A stretch of DNA of 62,730 nucleotides, counting the filler, from Basidiobolus ranarum (lineage: Eukaryota): the NCBI GenBank assembly GCA_040143965.1. It is 8 parts of 8 records of this genome, joined end to end, with 100 filler letters (N's around TTAATTAATTAA, not from the genome) between each part and the next. Parts side by side here need not be neighbours in the genome. Positions count along the whole stretch, not along the records: positions 23,614 to 31,374 come from JASJQH010007944.1; positions 31,475 to 39,230 come from JASJQH010007945.1; 6 more parts are not named here. One strand, written 5' to 3'. The notes below the pieces were generated by a model. The model was given only the letters and a program-made list of their open reading frames with translations, did no database searches and had not been told where the DNA came from. Made by a program: the position numbers and the translations under genes. Below, piece by piece: positions 24,521 to 35,887 of this stretch (position 1 is the stretch's first letter; every line of letters starts with the position of its first letter).

Positions 24521-24836
24521 TGTTGGAGGATTTTTACATAATGGGGGTAGACTTTGTATAGTAGAAGCAACTTATGATAGTGTGTTTTAGTTACCTTATT
24601 CTTAAGAGTATATGGTGACATGGATAGTGGAAAAGTAAATCAATTGTTTGAGATATTTAGGAGTTTGTGTAATAAGAGATAATATGCAAGTGGGGTAATA
24701 AGACATACTTGATATATAGATATAGAGGTACACCTATTTAGAGTATAGGTGCTATTCATACATTGCTTTCTGTTTCTGATACATGGAATGTAACTTAAGT
24801 TAACCAAGATGTTGAATAAATATTAATTATCTCACA
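24521..24836 (-). mobile_element. Solo LTR, copia family B
   Basis: TGTTGGAGGA...CTCACA, similar to 28275-28590; TSD AAGTT/AAATT. Confidence 0.85.
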
Positions 24837-25092
24837 AAATTGATTCAAACTAAAACAATGAAGAAAATAGCAATCTAGAGGACTTGTCAATCAAAATCAG
24901 TCTACTGAAGTGCCTGAAACAATGCTAGATGCTGTAGTGACTTTATCCCAAATCTGGAGATCAAATTCAATCAGAAATATATCCAATGATTAAATCATGG
25001 AGTCCCAAATTTTAAAAAATTTCAGATATCTGCGGTGGCTGATGAGTATCAAGCTTTGACTAATCATCAAACTTGAAATTCAACCATCTTAT

Positions 25093-27755
25093 TGTTAAAA
25101 TATTTGGGAGCCTATTGGAAGTGATTTGGAGAATTAGAGGAATTGTTGGTTTCCACTTATTGGTTTGTTGAGTAGAAAGGTGACAATTTTAGTTTTGTCA
25201 AGATGTAAGCAAACTGACATGTAGGATGTGTTAAGGAAGGTCCAAGGATCATGTGTGAAAAGTTTGGGGCTTCTAGCACAAGTTTGAAATATCTATATAT
25301 CTGAGAACTTTTAAGTTGGTAAAAATATTCTAACTAAATTCCAATTGAGAATGATGGCTAATATCTTAGTGAAATAAAAGATAACTAAGTACTAAGCTAT
25401 ATATGACTATATAGGTGTTTAGGCGATGCCAATTTCAACACTCTCCCTCTACTAAATAGTCATATAAACTAATCCTAACAAAGGTCTAAATTTCTCAAAT
25501 TTCTGTCTAGCTAAAGGTTTGGTTAATATATCAGTAATCATATCTACTGTGGAGCAATAAGTTAAGTCAATCAACTTACTTTCTATAGTCTCTCTAATGA
25601 AGTGATACTTAATATCTCTATATTTACTTCTATTATGAAACATGGGATTTTAAGCTAATTTGATCCAACTTTGATTATCTTGAAATATTGTAGTTGGTGA
25701 GTTTTGAGAATAACCTAGATATGTTAAGAGTTTTCTTAATCATGTTGCTTCTTTGTTACTTTGCAGGCAGCCATGTATTCTGCTTCTGTTGTTGAAAGTG
25801 CAATTGTAGGTTGTTTCATTGAATTGCAAGAAATAGCTCCATTGCAGCAAAGAAATAAGTATCCTGTCGTAGATCTCCTGTCTTCAATATTTCTTCCCCA
25901 ATTTGCATCTGAATATCCCATCAGAGCAAATTTTGATCCAGAATATGTTTCTTTTGAGCACAGATCCACAGTACCTTCAAATAACTGAAAATCTGCTTAA
26001 CTGCTATGATTTGATCAGATCCACAATTTTGAAAATATTGGCATATACCTCCCACAGAATATGCAATATCTGGTAGTGTTCTAGCCATGATATACATCAA
26101 ACTACCAATCATAGATTGATAAAGAAATTTCTGGCTTTAATTGAATCCACAAACATCTGATTTGAACCATTTTTAGTCAAGTTAAGATTTGTCTCCATTG
26201 AGGTAGATACTGTGTCACATTCTTCCATTTTAAGCTTCTTTTGTATATCTGGGATATATTTACACTGGTTTAAAGTTATTGTTTTGGTATTTCTATCTAT
26301 CTTAATTTGGATTCCAAGATAGTATGTCTGTTCACCAAGATCAGTCATTTTGAATTTGGCAGTTAAGCTGGATTTGGTTTCTTGTAAGTCTTCAAGTCAT
26401 TGGTTGCTATAATAAGTTTGTCTATATATAAGGCTAATAAAGCTAGGCTTGTTTTATCTGGCCTGAAGTAGATACTATAGTCAGCGTTACTCTTTTTGAA
26501 TATGAGTGTTTCCAAAAAAGCATCTATCTGGCTATTCCAAGCTATTGGAGAGTGTTTTAAGCCATAGAGTGTTTTCTGGAGTCTGCAAACTTTTTTAGCA
26601 CTTTCTGGGCCAACAAATCCATCTGGCTGGCTCATATATATCTTCTCAGGAAGCTCACCATTCAATAAAGCAGTTTTATGTCCATTTGATGTATAATAAA
26701 CTGATATTTGGCTGAAATTGCCAAAATCAATCTAATTGAATTAAACTTTGCTACAGGAGCAAAATTTTGTGTATAATCTATTCCTGGTGTTTGAGAATGG
26801 CCTTTGGCTACTGGTCTAGTCTTTTACCATTCTATATTGCTATCATAGTTGTGTTTAACTTTAAACACCCATTGCCAGGCAACTGCCTTGCTATCATCAG
26901 GTAAGTTGGTTAAAATCCAAGTTTGATTATCAATCATAGCCTGGTACTCATCACCCATGGCAGATTGCCAGAATTCTGTGTGCAGGTCATTCAGGGCCTC
27001 TTTTATAGTCGAGGGTTCATGTATCTGAGCTGTGCAGGCATAGGCCCAATTTTGGGACTTATAGATACAGTAATCAGGGCAAACATTGATCCAACTTGAT
27101 CTCCTGGTTTGGGATAAAGGTACTACAACTTCTGGCATTGTATTGGGCCCTTCAGCAGGCAAACTGTTGCTTGAAGAGTCCACAAGAAAGCTATTTTCTT
27201 CATTGTTTTGATTTGATTCAATTTGAATGAATGGTTCAGGAGTTAATTGATGTTGGTCATCATCTGAGGTCATTTTGGGTGAAAATTTTACATTTTTATT
27301 AAACAAAACATCCCTGGACCTGATTAACTTGGAAAATCTGGTATCATAGAGTTTGTAGGCCTTAGTTTGAGTCCAATTGCCCAGAAATAAGCATTTCTTA
27401 CTTTTTGGATCAAATATTGATCAGTTTTGAATCATGGTTTTTACATAAACAATGCATCCAAAGATCCTCAAACATTTTACATCAGGTTCAACTCCAAACC
27501 AAGCTTGATATGGTGTAGAGTTGGACAGACTTCTAGTAAAACTCCTATTGCTCAGATTTACAGCTATAGCAACATATTCCACCCAAAAGTTATGAGATAA
27601 ATTTTGTGCATTTATTGTAGATCCTGCCATTTCTATCATAGTCCTGTAAGCTCTTTCAGCAACTTCATTTTGTTGAGATGAATAGAGGGCAGTCATTTCT
27701 TGCTTAATTCCATGACCTTTGCAAAAGTGCTTAAAAAGTGTTGAACAATATTATC
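25093..27755 (-). mobile_element. Ty1/copia retrotransposon family A, 3' half (INT-RT-RNaseH-PPT-3'LTR), frameshifted
   Basis: QQNEVAERAYRT (INT), EPSTIKEAL..WQSAM, IYMSQPDGF, LYGLKHSP (RT), GYSDANW..RRSTTGY, ALSTTEAEY, DILTKPL (RH); PPT AGAGGGAGAG abuts the LTR at 25093-25440. Confidence 0.95.
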
Positions 27756-28274
27756 TGTTAAAGTATTTTGCAGCCTGTTGAAAGTGGTTTGGAGAATTAG
27801 AGGAATTGATGGTTTTCACTTATTGATTTATTGAGTAGAAAGATGACATTTATAGTTTTGTCAAGATATAAGCAAACTAATGTGTATAATATATTAAGGA
27901 AGGTCCCAGGAACATGTGTGCAAAGTTTGGGGCTTCTAGCACAAGTCTGAAAAATCTATATATCTGAGAACTTCTAAGTTAATAAAAATATTCTAAGTAA
28001 ATTACAATTCAGAATAATTGATAATATCTTAGTAAATTTTAAGATAACTAAGTATAAAGTTATATATGACTATATAGATGTTTAGGCAAAGCTAATTTCA
28101 ACACTCTCCCTCAATTAAATAGTCATGTAAACTAATCCTAATAAAGGTCTAAATTTCTCAAATTTCTGTCTAGCTAATGGTTTGGTTAATATATCAACAA
28201 TCATGTCTTCTGTAGAGCAATAAGTCTATTAACATATTCTCTATAATCTCTGTAATGAAGGGATGCTTAGTATC
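27756..28274 (-). mobile_element. Second family-A copy: 3' LTR (27756-28103), PPT and RNase H tail
   Basis: Near-duplicate of 25093-25620, including CTCTCCCTC and the TKPLARQKFEKFRPLLGL-coding tail. Confidence 0.9.
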
Positions 28275-31222
28275 TGTTGGAGGATCTGGACATAATGCGG
28301 GTAGACTCTGAGTATTCAAAGCTGCTTATGATAGTGTGTTTTAGTTACTTTATTTATAAGAGTATATGGTGACTTATATAGTAGAAAAGTAAATCAATTG
28401 TTTGAGATATTCAAGAGTTTGTGTAATAAGATATAATAGATAAGTGGGGGTAATAAGGCAAACTTGTTATATAGATATAGAGATATTCCTATTTAGAATA
28501 TAGGGGCTATAGATATGTTGCTTTCTGTTTCTGATATATCTATCATAACCAAAGTTAACTATGATGTTGAATACAGATTAATTATCCAACTCCTTCCCTT
28601 AATTCTTATTCAACATTGTACTTATATTCACTAATGCCTATTCCTGCTCTTAACTTCTCAAAGCTTGAAGTTACAAGTGGCTTTGTTAGTATATCTGCAA
28701 GCATGTTTTCAGTATTACAATAAATGAAGTTCACCTCTTTGTCTTGAACTTGCTCTTGAATAAAACAATACCTTATGACAGTATGTTTCATCCTTGAGTG
28801 ATGCACAGGATTTTTGGTGATCTGAATACAAGTAATATTACCTTGATATATTGGGGTAGGATTTACTTGATCATATCCTAGTTCCTTGAGAAGACTCCAT
28901 AGCCATATAGCTTCTTGAACAGCCATAGAGCTTGCCATATATACTGCTTCTGTAGTTGATAATGCAACAATTTGTTGTTTCTTGCTAATCCAGCTTATTG
29001 GCCCACCTGCTAGCTTAAACACTTATCCAGTTCTGGATTTATGGTCTTCTGTACTGTTAGCCCAGTCTGCATCATCATATCCTTCCAAAGTAAGTGACAT
29101 CTTGTACTGCTTACTAAATGGAATGCATGATTTATTGTTCCTTTCAGATAGCATATTATCTGTTTCACAGATATCCAATGTTCTATTGCAGGATTCTCCA
29201 TATATTTGCTTACTATGCTTACTGGTGTAGCAATATCAGGCCTAGTACCAGTTGTTGCATATATGAGACTTCCCACTGCACTATGGTAAGGAATATGTCT
29301 TTTGATTTCAATGTCTTCAGAGGTCTTTGGTTCCATATCCTTAGTGAGTTTCAGCATACATGGTGGATTTGAAGCTGTTTACATTCTGGCATATTGAATG
29401 TGTTTAAAACATCTCCAATATATTTTTCTTGTGTAATACAGAGTGTTCCAATAGTAGAATTTTGATGTATTTGCATTCTAAGATAATATGCTAGTGATCC
29501 AAAATCTTCCACTTTGAACCTGGTAGATAGCCAGGTCTTAGTTTGTTTCATCAGATATGGGCAATTACTAACTATTATGATATCATCAACATAGAGAGCA
29601 GTTATCACTTTGGTGGCTTTGATAGTCTTGAAGTATATGCAGTGATCAGCTTTTCTACAACAGAAAACATGTTTCATGAAAATCTGATCAATTTTGGTAT
29701 TTCATGTACAAGGAGCCTGTTTCAGATCATATAGACTTCTCTGTAGCTTGCATACTTGATGTTCTTTTCCTTTTGCAATTTATCCCTCTGGTTGATCTAT
29801 GTATATATCTTCATCAATTTCTTCATTAAGAAATGCTGTCTTGACATCCATTTGTTCAATCAGCATTCCTTGGTGGGTAGCAATGACTAGGATTACTCTG
29901 ATCAAGGTAAACTTAGCAATAGGAGAAAATGTTTCATCATAGTCAATGCCATGTTTCTGAGCATAGCCTTTTACTACTAATCTTGCTTTGTACTGGTTGA
30001 TAGATCCATCTGAGTTAAGTTTCAGATTCAGCACCCATCTATTACCAATAGTTTCTCTTCCTCTAGGTAAGTACACAAGGATGCATGTGTTATTCTGGAT
30101 TAGGGAGTTAATTTCATCAGCAGTAGCTTTTCTCCATTCTGTTACTTCATCAGATTTCAAAGCTTGTGTCAAATTTTCTGGTTCAGAAAATGCTACATGT
30201 GCAGATATATTGCACCCTTTGTTGGAATTGAAACTGTTGATTTCATGCTCTAATTTGAGACATCCAGAGTCCTTGGTAGAATGGTCAGATGTTTCACTTA
30301 TAGGATATTTCTGATCTCCACTCAGTAGGATTTCCAAGACCTGATTGCCTGAATTTTGTGATTGATTGAATACTTGTTGCAATTGATTGCATACTTCCAA
30401 TAATTGATTGCATCCAATGTCAGCCAAATTGAGAGTAGGATATTTCTTAAGTATGTGATTGGTCAGAGAATTATTGTCTTTTTTCTGAGCCCAATTTCCT
30501 GGATCCTGATTGGTTGGAAAAATATCCTTTTTCTGATTACCATATTTTTCATTGGCAGAGATAATAAGATGACTTCCAGGAGTTGGTTCCAAATTATCAG
30601 TATCCTCAGAGTAATTATCAGGTTTTCTGGTATAAATTGGTGCACTTCCAGTGCTGCCTAATGTTTTAGTACTCATATAGCTGCTTGATTCCAGAATATC
30701 ATATAATAGTTTGCTCTCCTTGGTTTCAGTACTTGTAGTGAAGTTTGAGATAGGATTATTGCTTGTTGATTTTCTGCTAGAAATATTCACCACAGAGATT
30801 GGTAATGATTTGAGCTTTGTAATATATTCATTGGTGGCTGATGTTTTAGATCTTGTCCCAGATGTGATATTTTCTAAATTTGGATAATGTTGATAGATAG
30901 TTTCAGATTACAAATTTGGCCTAATTCCAGTATCTATTTCCAATGTATCATTTTCCAAGTTGGTTTCAGTACTTGTTAGCTCAAGATTGGTCTCAGAACT
31001 TGTTAACTCAGAATTTGAGTCATTGAGAAATTGGTTTTCAGCCAAAATCAAATTTTCTTGATCAGAAGATTTGAGATTTTCTTCAATGAATATAGTATTT
31101 CTAGAGTTAATGATTTGATTTGTGCCAGCAATTAGGAGATGGTAGCCTTTGTTCTGATATCCTAATAGGGTACATTTAATTGCCTTTTTGTTCAATTTGC
31201 TATGCTGAGGTTTAGGAATATG
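28275..31222 (-). mobile_element. Ty1/copia retrotransposon family B, 3' half (INT C-term, RT, RNaseH, PPT, 3' LTR 28275-28590)
   Basis: KAIKCTLLGY, KARLVVKGYAQKHGIDYDETFSP, QMDVKTAFL, LYVDDI, TRPDIA, ISWISKKQ, LADILTKPL; PPT AAGGGAAGG next to the LTR. Confidence 0.95.
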
Positions 31223-31374
31223 TGTTGAAGTTTATTGTCTTTATCATATTTATTATCTCTATTTTTATACACCTAACTATTTCATATATCACATATAAGT
31301 TAGTTAACATTACTTAGTCAAATATCACTTAGCTGAAAATCGGAACATATATTATATATATATGTGAATAATGT
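31223..31374. mobile_element. Start of another LTR-like insertion, truncated by contig end
   Basis: Abrupt TGTTGAAG start interrupting the family-B integrase; AT-rich. Confidence 0.5.
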
Positions 31375-31474
31375 NNNNNNNNNNNNNNNNNNNNNNNNNN
31401 NNNNNNNNNNNNNNNNNNTTAATTAATTAANNNNNNNNNNNNNNNNNNNNNNNNNNNNNNNNNNNNNNNNNNNN
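31375..31474. other. Artificial contig spacer
   Basis: N44-TTAATTAATTAA-N44. Confidence 0.99.
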
Positions 31475-31563
31475 CAACTTTCTACCCAATAAATCAATAA
31501 GTAAAACCACCAATTCCTCTAATTCTCCAAACCACTTCCAACAGGCTCCCAAATACTTTAACA
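31475..31563 (+). mobile_element. 3' end of a family-A LTR
   Basis: ...CCAACAGGCTCCCAAATACTTTAACA. Confidence 0.9.
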
Positions 31564-34021
31564 TTAATGTTGGCCTTCTTAAAGAAGTCTTTTTGTCCCT
31601 CCTCACTAACTATAAGTTAGGCAAATAGAAAGCTTCAGCTGATTCAATAGCCTTCAAAGTTCAAATACTCTAGTATCAGGATAAGTAGTTTCAATGCTAT
31701 TCTTACTAACTGGTAAGCTTGAAGTATCCTCATCAGATAGTTTCTTATGAAGTGGCAAAAGTTGTTACTGCTTATCAGATCAGGGTCAACCTTCAGTTTA
31801 GAGACAAAGTTCAAATGTTTTTTAGCTTACTCTTGAAGAAGAATGAAACAATCAATGTGTTTAAGAGCAGAATAAAGAAAGGGGGAGGCAAGAAAGTTAC
31901 TAAGGTAGCTATAAAGACAATAATAGAGCATATTAATGAGGTCAAGCTTGCTATTTTGTCCAGAACTATTGGATATATAACAGATGAATTTCTCTCCTCA
32001 GACAATTTGAATGTAATTCAAATTCTTTTTGGCTTGTATTTGAGAAATAATTAAATTACACAAGAATCAATCTATTACAGCTGCAAAAGCAACTCTCAAA
32101 AGCACATAAATACATGTTAAAGTATTTGAGAGCCTGTTGGAAGTGGTTAGGAGATTTTGAGAAATTGGTGGTTTTCACTTATTGCATTCACATTTAAAGT
32201 TTTGTCCAGATGTAAACAAGCTAACATGTAGAGTGTGTTTAGGAAGGTCCCAGAAACATTTGTGCAGAGTTTGGGGCTTCAAGCACAAGTTTGAAAAAAT
32301 CTATATATCTACAAACTTCTAGGTTGGTAAAAATATTATCAATTGCAATATACTAGAAGTTCTCAAATATATAGATTGGTCAAGCTTGTGCTAAAAGCCC
32401 CAAACCTTGTATGCATGGTCCTGGTGTTGAAATTAGCTTTGCCTAAACACCTATATAGTCATATATAGCTTAGTACTTAGTTATCTTATAGTTCACTAAG
32501 ATATTATCCATTATTCTCATAAGGAATTTACTTTAAAGTTCTCAAATATATAGATTTTTCAAACCTGTACTAGAAGCCCCAAACTTTGCACACATGCTTG
32601 TGGGACCGTTTTTAACATATTCTATATGTTTGTTTGTTTATATCTTGACAAAACTATAAATGTCAACTTTCTACTCAATAAATCAACAAGTGAAAACCAC
32701 CAATTCCTCTAATTCTCCAAACCACTTCCAACAGGTTCCAAATACTTTAACACCTGGGACTTTCTTTAGCACATCTTACACACTAGTTTGTCTATATCTT
32801 GACAAAACTATAAATGTCAACTTTCAACTCAATAAACTAACTAGTAAAAATCACCAATTTCTTTAGTTCTCCAAACCACTTCTAACAAGCTCCCAAAATA
32901 CTTTAATAATATGCAGACAGTCAAGTAAGTGGAAAGCTCTCCAAAATAAGCTAGTCAACTGCTTTCTATTAAGAAGGAACTTCATACCATCCTAAATGAC
33001 AATCAATATGTATATTTTAAATATTTCAATTTAAAAAAATTCCATCACCACCCACTAGATAAAGAAGTAGTATGGGGAACTGAAATTGACCTCACATCAA
33101 AAGTAATGAAGCCACAAGGAAAAAGAAAGTCAATGAGGTTTAGAGGTATGATTTACACAGATGGTGTAGGTGTGTTGGTGTTAAAGCAAAACCACAATAC
33201 AAAGAAGAAAGGTGGTGGTGGCAGTACTGCCAAGTCTCTTGCTTCAGAAGAGGAGTTTCAGTATGTGGAGAAATTGGAAAGAGAAGAGTTGTTGGACAGT
33301 GTTGGTAAATGTGTGCTAATTGATCCTGGACGTCATAATTTGCTATACTGTATGCACAAAGAAAGTACCGCTGAAAACAAAATGGTTTACCAATAAACAA
33401 GAAATCAAAGAGCAATTGAAACAAAATGCAGAAAATTCAGGAAGCTCAGATAGAACTTAAAGACAGACCAAGTCATCGCAGCTGAGCTTTCCCTATCATA
33501 TTTGAAATCTTTAACTGGCAACAAAGACAAGTTTGCCAAGTATCTTCAAGAAAAAATCAAAATGCTAGCCAAATAAGGCTTCCAGTTGTACCTCCTTGAC
33601 GAGTTTAAAACTACAAGTCTGCGCCCTACTTGCCAGAACGGTGAACTGGAGAGAGAGAGAAAGGTATTCTATTGTATACAATCACTTCTAAGGTAAACGC
33701 TTTTTACATGCAAGTAAAAAATTCCGAATTCAAACTTAATTTCTGCTCTGGTGCAAAGCCACAGTGTTTAAAGGTCGTGACCAATACTACTGAGGCAACT
33801 ACTGAAGATTCTCACCATCATCTTTGGAATCGTAGCCTGACTGCTACTCTAAACTTTAGACATATCCTTTTTAACTTGCGCTCAAATGGGCAAGACCAGA
33901 AGGGTTTTACAGATTGAAGGAACCTCTCTCCACCGGGTATAAAAGAATGGTTATCTCGTCAGCCAGCCGCAATCGATTAACGAAAAATGCAAATAATCCT
34001 CAGTTGTTATCGCAACACTAA
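31564..34021 (+). pseudogene. Fanzor1 (eukaryotic TnpB-like RNA-guided endonuclease) relic, interrupted by LTRs at 32115-32908
   Basis: Collinear motifs: EVFLSL, QIVSYE..KVVTAY, SIYYSCKSN..KH, NCFLLRRNFIPS, FRGMIYTDGVGV, CVLIDPGR.NLLYCMH (RuvC-I), LLDEFKTTSLRPTC, WNRSLTATLNFRHIL (RuvC-III, D lost), RPEGFYR; multiple stops and an internal deletion. Confidence 0.82.
32115..32908. mobile_element. Inverted pair of family-A LTR 3' halves with a nested solo LTR (32425-32752, TSD CCTGG)
   Basis: Starts TGTTAAAGTATTTG and ends TACTTTAATA; the inner LTR TGTTGAAATT...TTTAACA is flanked by CCTGG at 32420-32424 and 32753-32757. Confidence 0.88.
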
Positions 34022-34599
34022 ACATCTGATACAGAGTAAGTCTTTGGACACTTCTTCTTTTGACATGTGTCTTCACTTATCTCCAACTTATTGTGATCGT
34101 CTCATATGTTTTGCGAAATGTCTAATTGATTGCTTTAATTCGTCACATTCTAGATTAAAACACGATAAGGAATACGATCATGGGGGATAGGAGACATGCG
34201 GGCTAGATAGGATTGAATTTCTATGAAAGAACAAAATCAGGTTCGAAAGGAAGGATTTTACTTAGCTCTTTTAATGGTGACGTTAAGAGGATTTGTGAAT
34301 AGTAAATGGTTCATTTCAAAATGGTGAAGATATTTAGAAATAGCAAATGTTTGGATAATTGAGGCGGGAGCGTCCGAAGATCCGTGGATCCGTAGATATA
34401 CCACAAGAGAAGGAATTTGCGAAGAAATCCCTGAAAATGGAACAACGCCACCCCAACCCACCTTGATTTGGTGGGGAGCGGGGGTGGACATACCTTCGAT
34501 GATTGTGTGTAGAATGCATTCTTTCTTGGAATTACATATATGGTAGGTATAGAAATTTCAAATTGAATAAAATTAAAGCATCTTTGGATGTGTACAAAG

Positions 34600-35887
34600 T
34601 TAATATTTATCATCGTAGTGGTTCTCTGTATCCACTGAAAGTCCTTTCACCTCCCATTGATCAGGTTTATAGTCTACTGTGTATTCCAGATCATCCTTCG
34701 TAATTGAGTCCCAGTATTTATAAATCATCATCACCGCAAATAATGTGCACAATACGGTGAAGAATAATCCGTCAATATAGTGGGAGATCAGGGTGCATAT
34801 CTCTGTGGTAAAGCCCAGAAGGATAACTTGTCCGACAACGAATGAGAAGGCTGCCATGATAATCTCGCCTACAATTAGTGGTGGTTAGCCTATGATTACA
34901 TACTTCCATATCCAAAATCCTATTACTTACCTAAGGGCCAACGATCGGTCAACGTATTGACGACAAGAATTACTTGTAGAATAAAGTATATCAAAAGAGC
35001 TGCCCCATTAAAGATGAAGTAGAAAATCCAAAGTATGATTGGGTTCTGTGAGCTCAACACCCCAGAACTACCGAACATATCTTGAAAAGTGGCGATAGAG
35101 ATGAAGAAGATCAATCCCCAAACGAGCAATGATGAAATACGGATTGACTAAACGAACCGGGTTCCATTTGAGTATATTTTGTAAACATATGAATCATAAA
35201 CCCATGAAGCTTACCCATAAAGACAAAGGAGTACCATCTTCAGCAAATTGGAACCCAACAAACCCGTTCAGCAACAAACACCATACAGATGCGGTTATCA
35301 GGCCAACATGCGCTGCAGTAAACCACTATAATTTGGTAATTGGAAGTAACAGTGATAAGTAAACTACAAGGCTGCATTGATAACATCCAGATGTACTTAC
35401 AGGATACACTATAGAAGAAATAGGAATAATCCCCCCGATCAGTAACAGTTCCATGAGTACCGTTAAAGTGTACAAGTAAAAAAAGCACAGCATCTCTTGA
35501 CGACCTGTGAGTTGGATAAAGAACATTAACACTTATCAAAAGAATCCCAGGCTATGGCCTAGTCAAATATTAACTTACCAACTGCAGTATATTTAACTCG
35601 AATGTTGTAAATCATAACTACTGATATGAGTATAGCGATGATATAAGCAGCCAGTGCTCCTTTTTGTTTGAAAAAACCGAATTATTAGTCAATCGAGCAT
35701 GCCAAGATACAAAGTTTCAAAGTCTATTATTACCAGGTTGAAATATTAAAAACCCGGCAAAGTCCAAGTTACGTGAAGAGCATTGCGGGATTGTACGGGA
35801 TGCTTGCGAGCCAACCAGAGGACATACCGTAAAGGCAAGTGTACTGCAAAACCTCTCGAAGCTCCCAAACTTGAATGCGGCCAACAT
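34600..35887 (-). CDS. CHS7: Chitin synthase export chaperone (multi-exon)
   Basis: [76 protein letters not shown]. Confidence 0.95.

Larger units (their letters stand above)
23614..25092 (+). mobile_element. Highly decayed copia family-A integrase/linker region, host to two solo LTRs
   Basis: QQNGVTERANRIVMEMARSM, YQAW and IQ.DSN.NNEEN fragments collinear with the minus-strand copy at 26824-27750. Confidence 0.8.

Noticed and set aside
14563-32908. Regularly recurring GGAGCCTGTTGGAAGTGGTTTGGAGA as a CRISPR-like repeat
   Set aside because: It is part of a roughly 348-bp LTR with TG..CA ends, PPT/PBS and TSDs; there is no repeat-spacer periodicity and no cas genes.
34203-34206. CTAG after the stem region as a Helitron 3' end for the Fanzor carrier
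   Set aside because: Followed by A rather than the expected T, and there is no short GC-rich subterminal hairpin; unsupported without other copies.
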